A stretch of DNA of 64,000 bases from an uncultured Peptococcaceae bacterium (GTDB lineage: Bacteria > Bacillota > Dehalobacteriia > UBA4068 > UBA4997), in the NCBI GenBank assembly GCA_965149945.1, contig CBCTTQ010000001.1, forward strand, positions 60,637 to 124,636. The letters run 5' to 3'. Shown piece after piece: positions 61,960 through 64,000 of the stretch (positions are counted from its first letter, which is position 1; each line of letters starts with the position of its first letter). The position numbers were made by a program, and so were the translations under genes. The notes under the pieces are model-generated. The model had not been told where the DNA came from. It saw only the letters and a program-made list of their open reading frames with translations, and did not search any database.

Positions 61960-62796
61960 CTAGCGCGGTTGTTCTGATTCCATGACGTCCAGCTTTTGCC
62001 AAAATTCCGCCGCCTTGGCACAGAATACTTCCGGCTGCGCGGAGGTGTAAAATGTGACACTGCCCGTTTCTTTTTTCGGATTGCGGAGGTTCGCCGCTTC
62101 CAAATGACGGACCAAATTTCTGGCGGTACCTTCATTGCCGTCATACAGCCGAAAATTCGGATAAAGTTTTTGCAGCAGCGGTCGCAAAAACACATAATGG
62201 GTGCAGCCCAGCACAATGCCGCCTTCGGTCAGGCGGGCGGCGGGACCTTCCAGTTTTTCCAGCAAATAAGCCTGCAGCCGTCCCTGAATTTCCTGTTCTG
62301 ACAGGTGCCGGTTATTTTCTACCAAATCCATCAGTCCCGGACAGGGAATGTTGATGACGCTGGCTTTGGCGGCGTTATCTCGAATCAGGCGCAGGGTGTT
62401 GGGGGCGTGGGCGGTGATGGCGGTACTCAAAAGCAGGATCTGTTTTTCTCCGGCGTTTACCGCCAGTTGAATGGCGGGCTCCATGCCCAAGATTTCTAAG
62501 TTCCCGTAGGTCTGCCGCAAATACTGCACCGCGGCAGACGTCGCTGTGTTGCAGGCGATTACGATGATTTTTGCTCCGCGTGCCAACAAAAATTCGATGA
62601 TTTCCCGCGCGCGGGTCTGGATAAATTCTGTCGATTTTTCCCCGTAAGGGGCGTTGGCGAGATCGCCGTAAAACAAAAAATCTTCCTCCGGTAACATTTT
62701 TTTTGCCAGGTGTAAAAAGCTGATACCGCCGACTCCGGAATCAAAGACTGCGATTTTTCCTTGTTGCTCCATGATTTTTCCTTCTTTCTTACTCAT
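61960..62796 (-). CDS. murI: glutamate racemase
   Basis: ..IAVFDSGVGGIS.., ..IVIACNTA.. and ..LGCTHY.. motifs. Start at the ATG at 62796, or at the internal ATG at 62772 (MEQQGKIAVFDSG). Confidence 0.85.
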   Translation of the reverse strand: MSKKEGKIMEQQGKIAVFDSGVGGISFLHLAKKMLPEEDFLFYGDLANAPYGEKSTEFIQTRAREIIEFLLARGAKIIVIACNTATSAAVQYLRQTYGNLEILGMEPAIQLAVNAGEKQILLLSTAITAHAPNTLRLIRDNAAKASVINIPCPGLMDLVENNRHLSEQEIQGRLQAYLLEKLEGPAARLTEGGIVLGCTHYVFLRPLLQKLYPNFRLYDGNEGTARNLVRHLEAANLRNPKKETGSVTFYTSAQPEVFCAKAAEFWQKLDVMESEQPR

Positions 62797-62817
62797 CGCG
62801 TTACCTTGGTGAGGGCT

Positions 62818-63768
62818 TCATAAATCTTCGGCGATTTTTTCCAGTTTGCGCAGGCGGTGGTTGACGCCGGACTTGGATAAGGGCGGTTGAAACATCTCAC
62901 ACAATTCCTGCAAAGAGGATTCCGGATTTTCCAGCCTTAGACGGGCTGTCTCCGCCAGCGGCGGCGGCAGCTGATCCAGACCGATTTTTTTTGCGATTTT
63001 TTCTACTGCCAGCAATTGGCGGGTACCGGTATTGACGATTTTGTTGGTATTGGCGATGTCGCAGTTATAGGCGCGGTTGGCGGAGTTGGAGAGTTCTTTG
63101 TATACTTTGACGTTTTCCAATTCCAGCAGCGCCCGATGGGCGCCGGTCAAATTCAGGAAATCGCTGATGTTTTCACTTTCTTTCAGATAGACCACAAACT
63201 GCCCGCGCCGTTCGTTGGTTTTGGGTGAGAGGTTGTAATGTTTCAGCAGCAGGCTGATCAGGGCGGCATGAACGGCGTCGTTGCAGACAACTTCCAGATG
63301 GTAGGATTTTTTTGGGTCGCTGATAAAACCGCCGCCCAAAAAGGCGCCTCGCAGATAGGCGCGGTAGCAGCATTCCCCGTGAAAAACACTTCGCAAATCT
63401 GTCAAAGAACAGGGCTCCCGCCCCGCGGACCAGGGATTGCCGTCGGGCAGACGGCGCATCAGATCCACCATTTTTTCTACTTTTTCTTGGGGCGGCAGCC
63501 GCAAGGTATAGAGGGTGTTTTTTCGCAAATGGCTGGTTTTGTGCAGCATCATTTCCGCTTCCATACCGAAAATCTCCCGCGCGAAACGGAAATATCGTTT
63601 GGCGATGGCGATGTTGGCGGTGGTAGCGGTGGCGCCCAGATGGCCGCCGAATCCAAAGGTAATGTTGCCGCTCATCCGCAAAAAAGAAACAAACTCCACC
63701 CGATTACAGCAGGCGCGGCTGGTATTGACATGGGTCAGTTGTTCCTTGACCTCGGCTGAAAAAGACAC
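62818..63768 (-). CDS. whiA: sporulation/cell-division transcription factor WhiA
   Basis: 316 aa. Two LAGLIDADG-like repeats (..GAFLGGGFISDP..) and a C-terminal HTH (..LQELCEMF..SKSGVNHRLRKLEKIA). Confidence 0.9.
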   Translation of the reverse strand: MSFSAEVKEQLTHVNTSRACCNRVEFVSFLRMSGNITFGFGGHLGATATTANIAIAKRYFRFAREIFGMEAEMMLHKTSHLRKNTLYTLRLPPQEKVEKMVDLMRRLPDGNPWSAGREPCSLTDLRSVFHGECCYRAYLRGAFLGGGFISDPKKSYHLEVVCNDAVHAALISLLLKHYNLSPKTNERRGQFVVYLKESENISDFLNLTGAHRALLELENVKVYKELSNSANRAYNCDIANTNKIVNTGTRQLLAVEKIAKKIGLDQLPPPLAETARLRLENPESSLQELCEMFQPPLSKSGVNHRLRKLEKIAEDL

Positions 63769-63819
63769 TCAAATTCCCTCCCTTGCGGTGATCTTCGCGC
63801 TTTGACGCCGCGCGGACGC

Positions 63820-64000
63820 CTACAGGCGATATTCATAAACATCATCGTCCATGACAAAACCGTTGCCGATGTTTCGCACTTCTTGACGCGCTTTTCGAAA
63901 TCCCAGCCGTTTGTAGGCATAGACGGCGTCATTTTCTCGGTTGACGTTGAGGTAAATGGCGGGCAGATTTTCTTCTTTGGCGGCTTGAATCAAAAAATCC
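63820..64000 (-). CDS. GNAT-family N-acetyltransferase, C-terminal part (gene starts beyond window end)
   Basis: Minus-strand frame ..EENLPAIYLNVNRENDAVYAYKRLGFRKARQEVRNIGNGFVMDDDVYEYRL* ending at the TAG at 63822-63820. Has no Met in the window, so it is absent from the ORF track. Confidence 0.4.
   Translation of the reverse strand, partial: DFLIQAAKEENLPAIYLNVNRENDAVYAYKRLGFRKARQEVRNIGNGFVMDDDVYEYRL

Overview
This 64-kb window looks like ordinary chromosomal housekeeping DNA from a spore-forming, moderately GC-rich Clostridia-type Firmicute. The clade call rests on sigK, whiA, T-box leaders and yabD-yabE synteny. About 50 protein genes, three tRNAs and two T-box leaders can be supported from the sequence. 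I see no transposases, integrases, CRISPR arrays, rRNA genes or obvious multi-gene defence island, so I cannot point to a clear novel system. The best leads for unexplained biology are several gene-free stretches, a cluster of small genes at 30.5-32.2 kb, a TGTGG motif that recurs in different promoter regions, and an unusual polyamine-type ABC operon.

Genes, in window order:
- Selenocysteine and sporulation sigma factor: selB (runs off the window start) and selA on the minus strand, with pro-sigma-K (sigK) diverging from selA.
- Membrane and housekeeping block: secG, a membrane H+/Na+-pyrophosphatase, a PspC-domain protein and glnS.
- Polyamine-type operon: a 638-aa fusion membrane protein, then potA, potB and potC, ending in a DUF3784 membrane protein with no potD.
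- Transporters: a Na+:alanine symporter and a CaCA antiporter.
- tatD (yabD) followed by yabE (DUF348-G5-3D), conserving Bacillus yabD-yabE synteny, then an M23/LysM/G5 peptidase.
- DegV-family protein, a membrane-anchored XRE regulator, pckA and pepF.
- A cluster of four small genes at 30.5-32.2 kb.
- A long minus-strand operon: hypothetical, aldehyde dehydrogenase, folD, luxS, tpiA, gpmI, ykgJ.
- yitT, gyrA-gyrB, a DUF1700/DUF4097 membrane protein, and metG with a Met T-box leader.
- A cold-shock protein, ferritin, cstA, then a Leu T-box leader driving leuA-leuC-leuD-leuB.
- A three-tRNA operon (Ser-UGA, Ser-GCU, Arg-ACG), murI, whiA and the tail of a GNAT acetyltransferase.

Many intrinsic terminators here are long perfect palindromes. 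Intergenic regions carry strand-asymmetric purine- or pyrimidine-rich low-complexity tracts.
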